A DNA stretch of 64,000 bases from an uncultured delta proteobacterium (GTDB taxonomy: Bacteria > Myxococcota > Myxococcia > Myxococcales > Myxococcaceae), in NCBI GenBank assembly GCA_963796055.1, contig CAWCKH010000004.1:1696001-1760000 (forward strand), written 5' to 3'. Below are positions 49,758 through 59,120 of the stretch, piece by piece. A model generated the notes under the pieces. The model searched no databases. It saw only the letters and a list, made by a program, of their open reading frames with translations, and was not told the origin of the DNA. The translations under genes were made by a program, and so were the position numbers. Position 1 is the first letter of the stretch. Each line of letters begins with the position of its first letter.

Positions 49758-49968
49758 GGCCCGGTTCCCCCCTGGATGTCGGGGTCCAGTCCGGGAGCGG
49801 TTTGCCGGCCTTCAGGTGGTGGTAGCCCGGCGTCTCGCGGATGAGGACGTAGATGTATTCGATGGGGGCGTCGATGGTCTCGTGCACCACGCGGGTGATG
49901 GCCTCGGCCAGGGCCCGCTTCTGCTCGGGCGTGCGTCCCTCGCGGATGTCGCACTGGATGATGGGCAT
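49747..49968 (-). CDS. 4-oxalocrotonate tautomerase family protein, CaaD alpha-subunit-like
   Basis: Pro1, Arg8, Arg11 ([19 protein letters not shown]); GAGAGGAGG RBS; overlaps the mmsA start. Confidence 0.88.
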   Translation of the reverse strand: MPIIQCDIREGRTPEQKRALAEAITRVVHETIDAPIEYIYVLIRETPGYHHLKAGKPLPDWTPTSRGEPGHAR

Positions 49969-50063
49969 CGGGAATGCCTCCTCTCGTTGGCTCGGGCAGC
50001 GTACCGGGGCGCCACGGCCGGCTCCAGGGTGCCGCGTCCCGCCTCGACGCGGCGCGCCGCCGC

Positions 50064-50456
50064 TCAGTCGGCCGCGCGGCTACAGACCTCGACCCAGCGG
50101 AGGAGCTCCTCGAGCTCGAAGGGCTTGGGGAGCACCGCGACCACGTGAGGAAAGTCGAGCTCGCCCGGCTGCACGTTGGCGCTCATCACCACCACCGGGG
50201 TCCGACCCGTCCGTCCACGCCGCGACAGCTCGGAGAGCACCTCGAGCCCGTTCATCCGGGGCATGGCCAGGTCGAGCAGCACCACGCAGCGATCCGCGAG
50301 ACGGTCGAGGTGCCGCAGGGCCTCCTGTCCGTCGCCGGCCTCGATGACCCGGTACCCCTCGGAGGAAAGGGCCTCGTTGAGGCTCTCGCGGATGCCAGGG
50401 TCGTCGTCGACGACCAGGACCATCCGTGAGGCCGGGGTGGGGGCGGAGCGATCCAT
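50064..50456 (-). CDS. Single-domain response regulator
   Basis: VLVVDDD, LLDLAMP, MSA, KPF. Confidence 0.9.
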   Translation of the reverse strand: MDRSAPTPASRMVLVVDDDPGIRESLNEALSSEGYRVIEAGDGQEALRHLDRLADRCVVLLDLAMPRMNGLEVLSELSRRGRTGRTPVVVMSANVQPGELDFPHVVAVLPKPFELEELLRWVEVCSRAAD

Positions 50457-50551
50457 CGACGAGCCCGGACCATACGCCCAGCGAGCCACGGACGAGGGGT
50501 CGCGGGGGGCCCTGGCGATGGCAGGGCACGTAGGCGGCCGGTGGGCAAGCG

Positions 50552-51667
50552 TTACTCGGGCGCAGGGCGCGTCCGCTTCTCGACAGCCGGGAGGGACGGA
50601 GGTGTGTCGCGGAGCGGCGACCCGCGCGGCGGTATGCGCGCCCGGAGCACGCCGTACGGGGGCCGGCTCTCTTCCTCGCCGCGGTTCAGCGCGGGGTGGA
50701 GGTTGAGCTGGTTCACCGTCACGTAGATCCAGTCCTCCGGCCCCCGTGCCAGCCCGTCCGGCCACTGGAGCCGTGGGTCCTGGACGAGGAGCGCCTGTCC
50801 CGACGGCCCGGTGACCCGAAGGCCGTGGCCCTCCACGTCGGTGACCACCACCCGGCCGTCGTCCCCGGCGACCAGAGCGGTGCCGGGTGGGCGCTCGGCG
50901 TGGGACGCGACGCGGGTCGCGAGCTCCTCGGGCTCGAGCCCGGTGTCCAGGAGGTCGGCGGTGCGCACCCGCCACACCGTTCCGCCGTTCAGCGCCGCGA
51001 GGTAGAGCCAGGTGCCGCTGGGGTCGAGCGAGAGCTGGCTCACCCCGAGCCGCAGCCGCTCCACCGTCCCATCGAGCTCGCGGTGGGCGACGGGGCGCCG
51101 ATCCACGGTGATCGGCACCGCGTCCGGCTCGAGCGCCGGATGGTCCTCGAGGAGGCGCCGCGTCTCGCCCCCCTGCAGCGAGACGACCAGCAGCGCCGGG
51201 TGCGAATCCCCCGTCCAGTCGGCGCGGGACCGATCGGCGATGTAAGCGTGGGTGCGATCCACCGCCAGCGCACAGAGCCAGGAGTTGGTCCTCACCGCGG
51301 TGGCCGGGATGCGGAGCGCGCGGAGTCGGCGCTCGTCGGTGGTGTTCCACCCGGTGAGGCGCGGAGGCTTCCCCTCGCCACCGGCATCGAGGATCCACAG
51401 CCCGCCCGCACCATCCTCGGCCAGCGCGGTGACCGCGGTGAAGCCCCGGCTCAGCACCCCGCTGGGGTAGGGCTGCCGGCGGCCTCCCGGGAACACCTCG
51501 AGCAGCTTCGCCACGGGGTTGCCCAGCGGATGCAGGGCCACGAAGAGGCGAGGCCCGACGACGGCGATCGCTCCCGGACGCTCGGGCAGCTCGGCCACGC
51601 TCTCCAGCGGGGAAGCGGGTGGGGACGCGGCCAGCAGGGACAGCAGTGCGAAGATCGTCAGCGACAC
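50552..51667 (-). CDS. Yellow/major-royal-jelly-like beta-propeller protein
   Basis: Signal peptide; LWILDAG, AYIAD, DPRLQWPDGL, YVTVNQL. Confidence 0.8.
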   Translation of the reverse strand: MSLTIFALLSLLAASPPASPLESVAELPERPGAIAVVGPRLFVALHPLGNPVAKLLEVFPGGRRQPYPSGVLSRGFTAVTALAEDGAGGLWILDAGGEGKPPRLTGWNTTDERRLRALRIPATAVRTNSWLCALAVDRTHAYIADRSRADWTGDSHPALLVVSLQGGETRRLLEDHPALEPDAVPITVDRRPVAHRELDGTVERLRLGVSQLSLDPSGTWLYLAALNGGTVWRVRTADLLDTGLEPEELATRVASHAERPPGTALVAGDDGRVVVTDVEGHGLRVTGPSGQALLVQDPRLQWPDGLARGPEDWIYVTVNQLNLHPALNRGEEESRPPYGVLRARIPPRGSPLRDTPPSLPAVEKRTRPAPE

Positions 51668-51714
51668 GCGTCCGGGAAGCTCCGGTCTCTACCTCGGCCG
51701 GGCTGGTAGGCGCC

Positions 51715-51910
51715 ACCGGAGGCAGCCATCTTTCCTTCCATGCCGCGACGGTGCAGCTCGGCGGCGACGGCCGTTCACGCTGTCCGGCTTCCTCCACCGA
51801 TCAGGACGCGGCCACGCTCGCCCGCTGGTTCGGGGTGGCGCCAGGGGACCTCGCCTCCGTCCTGCCGAATGTCGGGCGTTTCGCTTCCGACGACCTCGGC
51901 CTTCCTCGGC
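51715..51910 (+). pseudogene. Degraded C-terminal remnant of a DUF1501-like gene
   Basis: STDQDAATLARWFGV..DLASVLPNVGRFASDDLG matches the C-terminus I recognise from DUF1501 proteins; no start codon or N-terminal part. Confidence 0.55.
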
Positions 51911-51986
51911 TGAGCGGCCTGGCCCCCCGGGGTGCGCTTGCGATGCATGCAACGAGCGCGCATCCTGTGTGTCAGGAGTGGCGGGT

Positions 51987-52202
51987 ATGCGGTGGAGCGA
52001 GCTCGGAGGGATGCAGTACCTGGGGCGGACCGAGCTGTGCGGACAGCCGGTGGAGACGTTCCGCGCGCCCGACGGGACGGTGTACCAGGTGCGCCCAGAC
52101 GTGGGCGTCTTCCGCGAGATTCGCGCCGGCGAGCGACTGGGTGACTTCGAGCGCTGGGACCTGCTGATGCCGGACCCCTTCGGCGCCAGCACCGCCAGCT
52201 GA
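51987..52202 (+). CDS. Small hypothetical protein (71 aa)
   Basis: AGGAG RBS, ATG, high-GC3 codon pattern. Confidence 0.65.
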   Translation: MRWSELGGMQYLGRTELCGQPVETFRAPDGTVYQVRPDVGVFREIRAGERLGDFERWDLLMPDPFGASTAS

Positions 52203-52208
52203 CCGCGC

Positions 52209-53474
52209 TCAGCTCCGCGGCACGAGGTCCCGGTACCAGCCCGTCCGATCGATCATCGGCGGCTCGGCGGAGTCCCGCTTGCGGAGGAGCACCTGGGCCA
52301 CGGTGACGCGCCCGGCGCGGAAGGTGACCACGGAGGAAGCGAGGTAGAGCCGCCAGGCCCGCGCCCTGCGCTTTCCGGCGAGCTGCACCGCCTCCGGAAA
52401 CCGTCGCTCCAGCCGCCCGAGCCATTCCAGCAGCGTGCGCGCGTAGTGCGGGCGGAACGTCTCCACGTCGAGCACCTCGAAGCCGGCCCGCTGCGCGGCG
52501 GCGAGCACCAGCTCCAGCGGCGGCAGGTCACTGTCGGGGAAGATCTCCTGCTGGATGAAGCCGCCGTGGGTGCGCTGCAGCCAGGGGATGGTGCGCCGCC
52601 CGTCCCCGTTGTCGGCGATGGCGTGGTTCAGGAGCAGCCCGCCCGGCACCAGGTGGTGCGCGAGCGCGCCGAAGTAGCGGTCCAGTTTGTCCCGCCCGAC
52701 GTGCTCCATCATCCCCACCGAGGCCACCGCGTCCCACCGCTCGTCGGGAGGAAGCTGCCGATAGTCCTGGTGCCGCACGTCGGGGATGGCCTCCGGCGGG
52801 AGCACCGACCGCATCCGCTCGCGCGCGATCCCCAGCTGTGCGTCGCTGAGGCTGATGCCGGTGGCGCGCACCCCGTGGCCGCCGGCCGCGTGGGCGATGA
52901 GCGCGCCCCAGCCGCAGCCGACGTCCAGAAAGCGCTGCCCCGGGTTCAGCCCCAGCTTGCGGCAGATGAGCTCGAGCTTGGCCACCTGCGCCAGCTCCAG
53001 CCGGTCGGCGCCCGCCGTCCAGTAGGCACAGGAGTAGACCAGCTGCTCGTCGAGGAAGAGCCGGTAGAAGTCGTTCCCCACGTCGTAGTGGTGCTTGATG
53101 GCCCCTTCGTCGCGCGAGAGGGTGTGCCGGGCGGCGGAGCGAAGGAGCTCACCCGCGCGCGCGCCGACCTCGGCGACCAGCCCCGCGGCGAGCGCCGTCG
53201 CCGGGAGTGCCTCCGGGCCGGACCAGGTGGAGGCCCGCTGGAGGAAGTCGACCAGGTCCCCCTCCACCTCGAGGTCACCGGCGAGGAAGGCCTCGGCGAG
53301 TCGCTCCTCGGTCGGGGGAATGCCGAAGGCGCCGGCGCCGCGCTCGTGGCACACCACCAGCACTGGCGTGCCGGCGGCGGGCTGGGGCGGGACGAGCGAG
53401 CCGTCCCAGAGCCGGACCCCGAACGGCCGGTCCTTGCCGGACATGACGGCTTCCACCAGCGCGCGGGCATCCAT
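52209..53474 (-). CDS. cfa: Cyclopropane-fatty-acyl-phospholipid synthase family methyltransferase
   Basis: HHYDVGNDFY, YSCAYW, LDVGCGWG, SVGMMEHVG, HYARTL, WRLYL. Confidence 0.9.
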   Translation of the reverse strand: MDARALVEAVMSGKDRPFGVRLWDGSLVPPQPAAGTPVLVVCHERGAGAFGIPPTEERLAEAFLAGDLEVEGDLVDFLQRASTWSGPEALPATALAAGLVAEVGARAGELLRSAARHTLSRDEGAIKHHYDVGNDFYRLFLDEQLVYSCAYWTAGADRLELAQVAKLELICRKLGLNPGQRFLDVGCGWGALIAHAAGGHGVRATGISLSDAQLGIARERMRSVLPPEAIPDVRHQDYRQLPPDERWDAVASVGMMEHVGRDKLDRYFGALAHHLVPGGLLLNHAIADNGDGRRTIPWLQRTHGGFIQQEIFPDSDLPPLELVLAAAQRAGFEVLDVETFRPHYARTLLEWLGRLERRFPEAVQLAGKRRARAWRLYLASSVVTFRAGRVTVAQVLLRKRDSAEPPMIDRTGWYRDLVPRS

Positions 53475-53603
53475 GCCTGGCCCTCCGGGGAGAATGGCTT
53501 GCAGTGTGCCCCGGCGTCCGTCAAGTGCAAGTGGAGCGTATCCGGTGCCCCCGCCTTCTGGAGGATGAATCGGCACCGGGGGACGTCCGTCGGGATGCAT
53601 GCC

Positions 53604-54014
53604 ATGCGCGTCGTCCCGCTCTGCTTCTCGGTCTTGCTCTTCTCATCCGGCTGCGTGGTTCATGAAACGCGGCCCCTGCCTCCGCCCATGTCCGAGGCCG
53701 AGGCGGTGCAGCGCGGCGAGTCGTGGTGCTCGTCCCACGGATACGAGTGCCGGACGCGCCGGGTGGCTCGACGCGCCGACGTGGTGGAGGTGGTCTTCGA
53801 CGCCGAGGGCCACGGCGCGCAGGGCCCGCTCCGGCTGGAATTCGGAAGCTGGGACCGGCGCCTGTTGCGGGTCGAGGTGCCCGCGGCTCTCCCCCACGGG
53901 CCGCGCCCGGCAGCGGAGAGCGAGGTGGTGGGCGGGCTGCGTGGCGAGGTCGGCCTGCCGTACGAGGCGTTCAGCCGCGTCCTGCCCGGCCTCCGGGAGA
54001 ACGTGCAGGGCTGA
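53604..54014 (+). CDS. Small hypothetical lipoprotein
   Basis: Signal with SSGC; PepSY-like MSEAEAVQRG helix and a Cys pair. Confidence 0.6.
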   Translation: MRVVPLCFSVLLFSSGCVVHETRPLPPPMSEAEAVQRGESWCSSHGYECRTRRVARRADVVEVVFDAEGHGAQGPLRLEFGSWDRRLLRVEVPAALPHGPRPAAESEVVGGLRGEVGLPYEAFSRVLPGLRENVQG

Positions 54015-54075
54015 TTTCGTTGCGCCGGTCCTCGCCGGGCCGCTACGCAGGCCGGGCCGGGGAGGGACGCGCGCC

Positions 54076-54771
54076 GTGATCGAGCTCTACTACTGGACGA
54101 CTCCGAACGGGCACAAGATCACCATCGCCCTCGAGGAGCTCGGCCTGCCGTACCGGATCTACCCGGTGAACATCAACAAGGGCGAGCAGTTCGATCCGGC
54201 GTTCCTCCGCATCTCGCCCAACAACCGCATCCCGGCGATCGTGGACGACGCGCCGGCGGACCGGGCCGGGCCGCTCTCCATCTTCGAGTCGGGGGCGATC
54301 CTCACTTACCTCGCCGAGAAGACCGGACGGCTCCTTCCCCCGGACCCGCGGGGGAAGGCCGAGGTGATGCAGTGGCTCTTCTGGCAGGTGGGTGGCCTGG
54401 GGCCGATGGCCGGACAGAACCACCACTTCGTCCAGTACGCGCCGGAGAAGATTCCCTACGCGATCGAGCGCTACGTGAAGGAGACGGCGAGGCTGTACCG
54501 GGTGATGAACACCCGGCTCGCCGATCGCCCGTACCTGGCGGGTGACTACTCGATCGCCGACATCGCCGCCTACCCCTGGGTGGTGCCCCACGAGAAGCAG
54601 CAGATGAACCTCGACGACTTCCCCAATCTCAAGCGGTGGTTCGCCACCATCGCCCAGCGCCCGGCGGTGGAGCGGGCCTATGCCGTCGCAAAGCAGGTGC
54701 AGAGCCACCCGATGGACGACGCGGCGAAGAAGATCCTCTTCGGCCACGGCGGCGACGCTCAGAAGCGGTAG
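54076..54771 (+). CDS. Nu-class glutathione transferase (YfcG/YghU-like)
   Basis: TPNGHK, PNNRIPAI, FESGAIL, GPMAGQ, SIADIA. Confidence 0.92.
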   Translation: MIELYYWTTPNGHKITIALEELGLPYRIYPVNINKGEQFDPAFLRISPNNRIPAIVDDAPADRAGPLSIFESGAILTYLAEKTGRLLPPDPRGKAEVMQWLFWQVGGLGPMAGQNHHFVQYAPEKIPYAIERYVKETARLYRVMNTRLADRPYLAGDYSIADIAAYPWVVPHEKQQMNLDDFPNLKRWFATIAQRPAVERAYAVAKQVQSHPMDDAAKKILFGHGGDAQKR

Positions 54772-55397
54772 GCGAACCCGAGCAGGAAGTAGAGGGTGAA
54801 GAAGGAGCTCCGGGTGCGGTTCCCCGTTGCGATGGTGGGACCCATCTTGATCCGGGCGGTGAGCGCCAGGTCCCGCTCCAGCAGGTACTCCACCCCGCCG
54901 CCGAAGAGGATGGGGATGAAGCCCTCGACCGGTGAAGGATTGAAGGTCACCCAGAACGGCAGGTCGAAGCTGCCGTTGGCGCGCAGCACCGGGGTGATGG
55001 GGAAGCCGAACTCCAGGCCCACCGGGAAGGTCATCCCCACCACGGTGGTATTGCTCGGGAAGTAGAGCAGCAGGCCGGGGTCGAACCTCAGCGCGAGGTC
55101 GAACTTCGGTTTGCGGACCAGCTGCGCCCGGAGCGTGAACTGGAACTTCAGGCCCAGCACGCCGGTGTCGGTGATGCCCTCCTCGCCATAGTTGAAGGTG
55201 AAGCGTCCGCCCAGGTCGAGGGTCGGGCTCGTCCCATAGGCGAGGTCGGCCGAGATGCCCGGCCAACCGAACTGGCCCCAGATCATCGCCGCGCCGTTGC
55301 CCAGCGTCTGTCCCGACATCGCGGACCAGCCCTGCGCCTGCGCTTCGCCCGCGACCAGCCCCACGACCAGCGCCATCCCGACGACGAATCTCCGCAC
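54759..55397 (-). CDS. Outer-membrane beta-barrel protein
   Basis: GAGGAGG RBS; signal ending AQA; terminal beta-signal LGFAYRF. Confidence 0.8.
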   Translation of the reverse strand: MRRFVVGMALVVGLVAGEAQAQGWSAMSGQTLGNGAAMIWGQFGWPGISADLAYGTSPTLDLGGRFTFNYGEEGITDTGVLGLKFQFTLRAQLVRKPKFDLALRFDPGLLLYFPSNTTVVGMTFPVGLEFGFPITPVLRANGSFDLPFWVTFNPSPVEGFIPILFGGGVEYLLERDLALTARIKMGPTIATGNRTRSSFFTLYFLLGFAYRF

Positions 55398-55590
55398 GCC
55401 TGCCTCCTCGGATGCTTTCGGCCTCCCCTCCTTTCCCGCGCCGGGCGATGTGGGTTCCAGAGGAAACGGGTGGGCACGACGCGCCACGACAGAGGTCACG
55501 GAATGTTCCAGCGGTTCAGGTGGCGCCCGGGGTGGACGCTCTGTACAGTCCATCACACACCCTCCAGGACTCCGGTCGGGAGCCGCCCAG

Positions 55591-56436
55591 ATGACTGTCT
55601 CGCCTCGCGCCGTGCTGGCTTGCTTCCTCTTCCTCGCGGCTCCCGGGCGGGCGGCTGACGCTCCCCTGAGGGTGAGCATGATCCCCACCACGGACCCGTC
55701 GAGGATGCTCCGGGACGCGGGGCCGCTGGTGGCCCGCCTGGAGAAGGCGACCGGGCGGAAGGTCATCCTCACCATCCCCCAGAACTACGCGGCGGTGGTG
55801 GAGGCGATGGTGCAGGGGCAGCTGGACCTGGCGCACTTCGGTGGCTTCACCTTCGTGCAGGCGAACCGGCGCGCCGGGGCCATCCCCCTGGTGCAGCGCG
55901 AGCGCGACCGCGAGTTCCACTCCAAGTTCATCACCGCGCGCGACGACGTGCGTGGCCTGGCGGACCTCCGTGGGAAGCGCTTCGCCTTCGGCGACGTGAA
56001 CTCGACCTCCGGGCACCTGATGCCCGCCTACTTCATGAGGAAGGAGGGCGTGGACCCGGCGGTGATCGACCAGGCCATCTACACCGGCGGGCACGACGCG
56101 ACGGCACTGGCGGTGGCCGAGCGCCGCGTCGACGCCGGCGCGCTGGACGAGGCGGTCTGGGAGCAGCTGACCCAGCAGGGGAAGATCGACCCCACGAAGG
56201 TCCGCGTCTTCTGGACCACGCCGCCGTTCCTCGATTACGTCTGGGCTGTCCGCAAGGATCTGGACCCGTCGGTGGCACGGAAGATCGCCCAGGCCTTCCT
56301 GGCGCTTGACCCCGCGAGGCCGGAGGACCGGCCCATCCTCGAACTCCTCTCGGCGAAGGGTCGCTACGTGGCCGTGGACGCCGCAGCGTACGCGCCGCTC
56401 CGGGACGCCGCGCTGCGCGAGGGCCTGCTGAGGTGA
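55591..56436 (+). CDS. PhnD-like ABC substrate-binding protein, putative selenate-transporter subfamily
   Basis: LRVSMIP, YAAVVEA, FGGFTFVQA, STSGHLMP, GHDAT, FWTTPPFLDYVWAVR. Confidence 0.8.
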   Translation: MTVSPRAVLACFLFLAAPGRAADAPLRVSMIPTTDPSRMLRDAGPLVARLEKATGRKVILTIPQNYAAVVEAMVQGQLDLAHFGGFTFVQANRRAGAIPLVQRERDREFHSKFITARDDVRGLADLRGKRFAFGDVNSTSGHLMPAYFMRKEGVDPAVIDQAIYTGGHDATALAVAERRVDAGALDEAVWEQLTQQGKIDPTKVRVFWTTPPFLDYVWAVRKDLDPSVARKIAQAFLALDPARPEDRPILELLSAKGRYVAVDAAAYAPLRDAALREGLLR

Positions 56437-57248
56437 CGTTCGCGCTCCATGGCGTCGTTCGTCGGTTCGATGGTCGGGCAGGCCGGGTGACAGCGCTGGA
56501 CGGCGTGTCCCTGGAGGTGGCGCCGGGCGAACGGCTGGTGGTGCTTGGTCCGTCGGGCGCAGGGAAGACCACCCTCTTCGGGGTGCTCAACACCACGCTC
56601 CGGCCCACCGAGGGTTCGGTCCGCTTCGAGGGGCAGGAGGTGCTGGGGCTGTCGCTCGGCGCGCTGCGCGCGGTGCGCCGCCGCATCGGGACGGTGTTCC
56701 AGCAGCCTCGACTCGTGCCGTCGTTGACGGTGCGCCAGAACGCGTTGCTCGGGCGGGTGGGCCACTGGTCCCTCGCCGACGCGGTGCGCTCCTGGGTGCG
56801 GCCCTCGCGAAGAGATCTGGAGCTCGCGGACGCGGCCCTCGGGGCGGTGGGGTTGGAGCATCGGGCCGCGGCGCGCGGCGACGAGGTGTCGGGTGGAGAG
56901 CAGCAACGGGTGGCGATCGCCCGGGTGCTGGTCCAGGAGCCGACGGCGGTGCTCGCCGACGAGCCGTTCTCCTCGCTCGATCCGGCCCTTCGGGAGAGCA
57001 TGGGCGAGCTGCTCCTGGACGTCGCGGCGCGCGGCCGGACGCTGGTGGCGGTGATGCACGACGTGGACTTCGCGCTCCGGCACTTCCCGCGGGTGGTCGG
57101 GCTCGGGGCGGGTCGGGTGCTGTTCGATCTCCCGGCGGCGCGGGTCACGCCCTCGCTGCTGGAGCAGCTCTACCCCCGAACGGTGGCGGAGCCCAGCGTC
57201 GTCGTCCCGAGAAGGGAGCCGGGCGATGTCGTCGCCTGCGCGCGCTGA
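56433..57248 (+). CDS. PhnC-like ABC ATPase
   Basis: GPSGAGKT, VSGGEQQRVAIAR, LADEP. Confidence 0.92.
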   Translation: MTFALHGVVRRFDGRAGRVTALDGVSLEVAPGERLVVLGPSGAGKTTLFGVLNTTLRPTEGSVRFEGQEVLGLSLGALRAVRRRIGTVFQQPRLVPSLTVRQNALLGRVGHWSLADAVRSWVRPSRRDLELADAALGAVGLEHRAAARGDEVSGGEQQRVAIARVLVQEPTAVLADEPFSSLDPALRESMGELLLDVAARGRTLVAVMHDVDFALRHFPRVVGLGAGRVLFDLPAARVTPSLLEQLYPRTVAEPSVVVPRREPGDVVACAR

Positions 57249-59004
57249 CTCCCGACGGGTGCAGCTGCTGCTGGTCGCGGCGTTCGGGGTGTGGAGCGTG
57301 GTGGAGGCGCAGGTCTCGCCGGGCGCGCTGGTGTCGGCCACGGCGCTGGAAGGCCTGGGCCGGCTGCTCCGGGGGCTGTTCCCGCCGGACCTCTCGCCCG
57401 GCTTCCTGGGCGTGGTCGCGATGGCGGTGGCCCGGACGCTGGCCATCGGCATCGTGGGCACGATGCTGGCCCTCGTCCTTGCGGTCCCGCTGGGTCTCCT
57501 CGCCACCCCCACGCTGTTCCGGGCCGGCGCCCTGGCCGCGGGCGACGGGCCGTGGGCCGGGACGCTGCTCGTCCTGCACCTCGCCGCGCGTGCCACCCTG
57601 CGCGTCTTCCGGGCGGTGCCGGAGCTGCTCTGGGCGCTGCTCTTCGTGGTGGCGGTGGGCCTCGGGCCACGGGCCGGTGCACTCGCGCTCGGGGTCTCGT
57701 ACGCGGGCGTGCTGGGGCGGGTGTACGCCGATCTCCTCGAGGACGTGGACCCCTCACCGGGGGAGGTGCTCGTGGCATCGGGGGGGCGCCGCACGTCGCT
57801 GGTCCTCTTCGCGCTCGTTCCGCAGGCGTTGCCGGGGCTGGTGAGCTACAGCCTGTACTCGCTGGAGTGCGCCATCCGCTCGGCGTCGGTGCTGGGCTTC
57901 GTGGGCGCCGGGGGGATCGGCCAGGAGATCCAGCTCTCGATGCGGCTGTTCGAGTACCGCCAGGTCTCGACCTTGCTGCTGGCACTGCTCGGGCTGATGC
58001 TGGTGGGCGAGGCGGCGAGCCGGCTGCTGCGAAGGGGGTTTCGCAGCGCTCGGGTGGCCGGACGAAAGCCGCTCACCGGTCGACGCCGCACGCTCCTGGG
58101 GCTCGGGATGCTCGCCGCCGTGGGCCTCTCGCTCCATGGCTCGGAGCTCCTCGGTGCTGCGGATGACGGGCTGTTCGGCCGCATGGGACGGTTCGCTGCC
58201 CAGCTGTTCCCGCCCGAGACCTCGCTCGCCTTCCTGTCCTCGCTGCGCGCTCCGTTGCTCCAGACGCTTGCCGTGGCAGGGGCAGGAACGCTCCTCGGGG
58301 TGACGGTGGCAGCCTTGCTCGCTCCACTCGCGAGCACGGGACTGATGCTCCGCGTTCCCGGCGCCCCCGGTCGCCCGGGCCCCTGGGGTCTGCTCGCCCC
58401 GGCGGTGCACGTGCTCGTGCGCTGGGTGCTGGCAGTGCTCCGGGGCATTCCCGAGCTGCTCTGGGTGCTCCTCTGCATCGTCGCCGTGGGCTTCGGACCC
58501 TTCGCGGGGGTGCTTGCGCTCGGGCTGCACACCGGCGGCGTGCTGGGAAAGCTCTGGGCCGAGGCGCTGGACGAGGTGCCGCCCGGGCCGCTCGAGGTGC
58601 TCGAGGCCACGGGAGCGACCGGCGCGGTCCGGACGCTCTGGGGCGCGTGGCCGCAGGCCCGGGCGCTGGTGGCGAGCTACGGGCTGCTGCGCTGGGAGTT
58701 CAACCTTCGTGCCTCGGCGCTGGTGGGCTTCCTCGGGGGCGGCGGTCTCGGGCTGAAGCTCTACAACGCCATCCAGCTGGGCTTTTACGAGCAGGTCAGC
58801 ACGATGGTCTTGCTGATCTTCGGGCTGGTGGTGCTGAGCGATGCACTGTCCGACCGGCTCCGGCGGATCTGGCTGGCCCCGGCGGCGCTCCGGCGCGAGT
58901 CGGGAGGCCCGGTGGAAGCACGGGGTGCCAGACAGCTCGTGACCGGGGGCGCGCGATTGACACCGAGCCCCGGGCTCGTTGCGCGAAGCCCCGGAATGGA
59001 TTGA
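57226..59004 (+). CDS. PhnE-like permease with two fused permease domains
   Basis: Duplicated R.(V/I)PELLW..L and G(F/L)(V/L)G(A/G)GG(I/L)G motifs. Confidence 0.9.
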   Translation: MSSPARADSRRVQLLLVAAFGVWSVVEAQVSPGALVSATALEGLGRLLRGLFPPDLSPGFLGVVAMAVARTLAIGIVGTMLALVLAVPLGLLATPTLFRAGALAAGDGPWAGTLLVLHLAARATLRVFRAVPELLWALLFVVAVGLGPRAGALALGVSYAGVLGRVYADLLEDVDPSPGEVLVASGGRRTSLVLFALVPQALPGLVSYSLYSLECAIRSASVLGFVGAGGIGQEIQLSMRLFEYRQVSTLLLALLGLMLVGEAASRLLRRGFRSARVAGRKPLTGRRRTLLGLGMLAAVGLSLHGSELLGAADDGLFGRMGRFAAQLFPPETSLAFLSSLRAPLLQTLAVAGAGTLLGVTVAALLAPLASTGLMLRVPGAPGRPGPWGLLAPAVHVLVRWVLAVLRGIPELLWVLLCIVAVGFGPFAGVLALGLHTGGVLGKLWAEALDEVPPGPLEVLEATGATGAVRTLWGAWPQARALVASYGLLRWEFNLRASALVGFLGGGGLGLKLYNAIQLGFYEQVSTMVLLIFGLVVLSDALSDRLRRIWLAPAALRRESGGPVEARGARQLVTGGARLTPSPGLVARSPGMD

Positions 59005-59120
59005 CGCGACGCGTGGGCACATGATGATGCCGTGCGTTAGCGCGCGGTCGTTCTTGACACTCGACTGCGCGGCGTTCAGGTTCGCCTTGGTCGCGGGTTC
59101 AATTTTGCGGGAGGGGTTCC

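Noticed and set aside
55591..59004. Phosphonate utilisation operon
   Set aside because: No phnG-M, phnX/phnW or ptxD in the window, and the binding-protein motifs fit a different subfamily.
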